Assembly (NCBI GenBank): GCA_009711765.1
Contig: VEND01000029.1
Span: 4,320 to 68,319 of the forward strand
Direction of reading: 5' to 3'
From: Bacillota bacterium
GTDB lineage: Bacteria; Bacillota; Clostridia; Tissierellales; MES13
DNA: 64,000 nt
Part shown: piece after piece, positions 60,893-64,000 of the stretch
Layout of the letters: every line of letters begins with the position of its first letter
Position numbering within the stretch: position 1 is the first letter of the stretch
Translations under genes and position numbers: made by a program
Notes under the pieces: generated by a model
Told to the model about the DNA's origin: nothing
What the model saw: only the letters and a program-made list of their open reading frames with translations
Databases searched by the model: none

Positions 60893-62080
60893 ATGGAGAT
60901 GATAATAGTGAGTGATATATATGAGGTAAAGTTATTAGAAAATTTTATATATGATAATGAAGAATTAGAAAAACTTGAATTATTAACAAATGATTTTAAT
61001 ATCTTTACAGCATTAAACATCATTAATGACGAATTGAAACACTCTAATTTTCTTGCTTGGTTGCTATCGCCGAGGGAAACACATAATTTAGGAGATTATT
61101 TTCTAAAATCATTAATAAAGACAACTATATATAAAATTTCTAAATATAATAATTATACTATTCCTTCTATATTTGATATTGATAGCTGGAGTTTTGATGA
61201 TGCCGAAGTATTAAGAGAATGGAGAAATATTGATATAGTAATAAGAAGTGATGAAAATAACTTTGTATGTATAATAGAAAATAAAGTCCTATCAAAAGAG
61301 CATAGTACTCAATCAAGAAGATATAAGAATATAATTGATAGAGAATTTATGGATTATAAATATAAAGTATTCACTTTTTTGACTATTGATGGGGAAGAGG
61401 CTTCGGAAGAAGAGTATATATCTTTAAGCTATGAAGAGATTGTAAATATTATTGAAAAAATAACTACGAGTAATAAAGATAAATTAGGACAAGAAATAAT
61501 TATATTTTTAAGCCACTACACAGAAATGGTAAGGAGGTATATTATGAGAGAGGCAGAAATCCAGAATATATGTGAAAGGATTTATAAGACACATAAGAAA
61601 GCTCTTGATCTTATATATGAGTATAAGCCTGATAATCAGTTAGAAATTTCTGAAGTTTTAATTGATATTATAAAAAATGATAGTGATTTAATTTTAGATG
61701 ATTCTAATAAGAAATATATAAGGTTTTTACCAAGTGACCTTGATTTTATTGAACATGAAGGAGAAGGATGGACAAAGTCTAAAAGGATACTGTTATTTGA
61801 GTTTAGGAATAGGCCTTCTTCATTAAATCTTTATCTTATGATTGGTCCTGGTAATCAAGATGTAAGAGAAAGGTTATATAATACTGCTCGAAAATCAGAT
61901 TTTAAATTTACAAGGGAAAATAAAAATTTATCAAAAACATGGTTTGCATTACATAAAAGACGTAGTATGAAAATAGATGAAGATAATTATAATATAGAAG
62001 AAATTAAAGATAGACTTATTAAATATTTTAATAAATTTAAAAATAATGAAATGAAAAATATTATAATTGCATTTAAATAG
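60893..62080 (+). CDS. PD-(D/E)XK nuclease family protein (PDDEXK_4-like)
   Basis: ELKHSNFLAWLLSP..H.LGDYFL, REWRNIDI and IIENK motifs. Confidence 0.8.
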   Translation: MEMIIVSDIYEVKLLENFIYDNEELEKLELLTNDFNIFTALNIINDELKHSNFLAWLLSPRETHNLGDYFLKSLIKTTIYKISKYNNYTIPSIFDIDSWSFDDAEVLREWRNIDIVIRSDENNFVCIIENKVLSKEHSTQSRRYKNIIDREFMDYKYKVFTFLTIDGEEASEEEYISLSYEEIVNIIEKITTSNKDKLGQEIIIFLSHYTEMVRRYIMREAEIQNICERIYKTHKKALDLIYEYKPDNQLEISEVLIDIIKNDSDLILDDSNKKYIRFLPSDLDFIEHEGEGWTKSKRILLFEFRNRPSSLNLYLMIGPGNQDVRERLYNTARKSDFKFTRENKNLSKTWFALHKRRSMKIDEDNYNIEEIKDRLIKYFNKFKNNEMKNIIIAFK

Positions 62081-62717
62081 ATAGATTAAATTTAAAATAT
62101 AGACAATATTTTTCTAGATAATGATTGTTTAACTTATATTTGAGCCTAACAAAAGGCAACTAACCGCTAATTCTTTACAAATACATTCTATATAAATTAA
62201 ATTTATTAAAGAGTTATATCAAAATGGGTTAAACGTTTTATTATTTGATGATGAATTTACTATAGCTTGTTTAAAAGAGATGTTTAATATTACTAATGAC
62301 AAAGCTAATTTGTTATTAGGATAAGCAATTAAGGAAATTAATAAATCTAAAAGTACAATTCGAAAAATAGTAGATAGCATGGATAAATCCTACTAAAGAA
62401 GAATTAGTTGATCGATTAATTAATGAAAAAGAGTTTAGAATAATATATTAAAAGAAATTATAACTAATATATTAAGTCTTGATTTTAAATCAATGGTTTT
62501 TATTTATGGGATTAAAAAGAAAGAGTCTCTTAAATTAGATGATATTATTATTAATGGAATAAAAGAAAATTTATTAGCTGATGGAGCTAATAATAAATTA
62601 GTAAATAAATTGTAATTTATTACCTTTAGAACTACTAGTAGCTCAGCACTTAAATATTCTTATGATATAATATATTAAAATAAACAATATAATCTATTTA
62701 AAGGGGAGTCTTTATTT

Positions 62718-63236
62718 ATGACAAATACCGAAATAAAAAAGCAATTAGAAGAAAAAATATATGAGATGGAAAAGGTGGCTAAAGTTTTTGATATCGAACC
62801 TTTTGATATGTATTTTCTTGGAGGTTCTGCATGTATACTAGGAGGATATAATGATAGAGCAACGAGAGATTTTGATTTTATAGATTTAAACTATTCTTCT
62901 AAATTAGGTAAGGTATTTGTTCATCTAAGGGAATTTGATATGTTAGAATATGAAAGTACTTTAATATCTCCTTTTTATAAAGATAGAGCTATAAAGCTTA
63001 ATAAATTTAAGTATTTAAATATTTTTGTGTTATCTGTTGAAGACATTATTGTAAGTAAAATAATAAGATTGGAAGATAAGGATATAGAAGATATAGATAA
63101 GTTAATAAAAATGGCAGATAAAAAGTTAATAAAAAAAATCGCAGATGAGGTTATAAGTAGAGAGGATCTATATGATAGTAAAAAGAAAGAGTTTAAAAGG
63201 AAACTTAGAACTTTTAAGGAGATTTACCATGTATAG
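62718..63236 (+). CDS. Nucleotidyltransferase (DUF6036/AbiEii-like)
   Basis: LGGSA, RATRDFD and EDIIVSK..R..KD.ED motifs. Confidence 0.75.
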   Translation: MTNTEIKKQLEEKIYEMEKVAKVFDIEPFDMYFLGGSACILGGYNDRATRDFDFIDLNYSSKLGKVFVHLREFDMLEYESTLISPFYKDRAIKLNKFKYLNIFVLSVEDIIVSKIIRLEDKDIEDIDKLIKMADKKLIKKIADEVISREDLYDSKKKEFKRKLRTFKEIYHV

Positions 63237-63570
63237 AATAGTTTGTGAAAGTTATAAAAATTATATGAAGGATTTTGATGATAAAACGAGAGATTTCCGT
63301 TATAAGGTGATGTTACCCTTTAGTTTAATAGTGGATTTAAATAAATATAAATATGAAAAACAAATAGAAAGTATAAGGTATAAAAAACTTGAGGATTTTG
63401 TTTGGAAGATTAAAAGGAATGAAAATAAGTATCCTCGATTAAAGTCATTTATTTGGTCCTTAGAATCTAGGGGAATAAAAGGAAGAAATTATAAAGTATT
63501 AGATGAAATAGAATTTGAGGAACAAGTAAAAATTATAGAGATGTTTTTAAAACTAAGTTATTGGAATTAG
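63229..63570 (+). CDS. Hypothetical protein translationally coupled to the nucleotidyltransferase
   Basis: AAGGAG RBS; ATG at 63229 overlaps the end of the upstream gene. Confidence 0.6.
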   Translation: MYRIVCESYKNYMKDFDDKTRDFRYKVMLPFSLIVDLNKYKYEKQIESIRYKKLEDFVWKIKRNENKYPRLKSFIWSLESRGIKGRNYKVLDEIEFEEQVKIIEMFLKLSYWN

Positions 63571-64000
63571 AATACCCATGGGACTTGTTACTATAGCTGA
63601 GGATTTTTTCTCCGTTTTTTGTATATATGATGTAAGAGGTTTATGCTTTTAAGGAAATAGTGATTGGTAATTTAGCTAAGGGAATATGGATAAGTGGATA
63701 TAATTATGAATCTTATAAATCCTTTAGTAGTCAAACTAATGAAAGTTATGAGATAAGTGTTATAGACGTTCTAACAGATAAGGATGATTCTCTAATATAT
63801 GACTTTTTAATATACTATAAGGGATATAGTGAGTGGAAGAAGTAAACGTAAAAGAAGATGCAAACGATTATGTATTTATAGTTCCTGAAATAAGAGAAAT
63901 AAAATGTATAGTTAAAGATAATGATGTACACATAGGCATTAGGGATATAAAAAAATATTAATTTTAAGGGGCTGTCGGGAAATAGATAGCTAAAAAAAAC

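Noticed and set aside
63660-63845. 61-aa ORF near the window end
   Set aside because: No recognisable motif; probably a fragment of a decayed gene.
63964-64000. GC-richer TAAGGGGCTGTCGGG stretch as a possible IS end
   Set aside because: Cut by the window edge; no partner repeat or transposase is visible.
1-64000. tRNA, rRNA, CRISPR arrays, FMN riboswitch
   Set aside because: None recognised by eye; in particular no FMN (RFN) aptamer was seen upstream of the ribF-containing operon.

Overview
AT-rich chromosomal segment of an anaerobic low-GC Firmicute (Clostridia/Tissierellia-like; inferred from gene content). It has five parts. (1) 0.5-7.2 kb: a c-di-GMP module with two HD-GYP proteins and a c-di-GMP-I riboswitch upstream of a chemoreceptor. 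(2) 7.2-16 kb: a Doc toxin truncated next to an ISL3 end, a nucleoside hydrolase, a Na+/solute symporter-amidohydrolase operon, a sigma70-DUF1659-DUF2922-YvrJ cluster, two ComK-like paralogues and fabZ. (3) 16.3-46.4 kb: a ~30 kb surface-glycan locus (ligase/OTase, rmlDACB, wzm/wzt, glycosyltransferases, galE/galU) with four sulfotransferase-like domains and its own PAPS supply cassette (cysQ-cysD-SLC13-cysN-cysC), predicting a sulfated rhamnose-containing glycan. (4) 47.8-57.4 kb, the strongest candidate for a new system: SorC regulator, class I aldolase, Zn dehydrogenase, APC permease, RibF-like kinase, a selenocysteine GrdB-like protein (UGA read-through missed by the ORF track), a GrdE-like subunit lacking the pyruvoyl-forming Cys, and an aldehyde dehydrogenase. 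These enzymes fit a hypothetical anaerobic riboflavin side-chain degradation route: FMN -> 4'-keto-FMN -> DHAP + formylmethylflavin -> carboxymethylflavin -> lumichrome + C2 unit. (5) 57.9-64 kb: a decaying defence/TA island (recombinase remnant, XRE-ImmA-PIN triad, Phd/RelE and GIY-YIG remnants, PD-(D/E)XK nuclease, nucleotidyltransferase pair). All family calls come from motifs read by eye; no searches were run.
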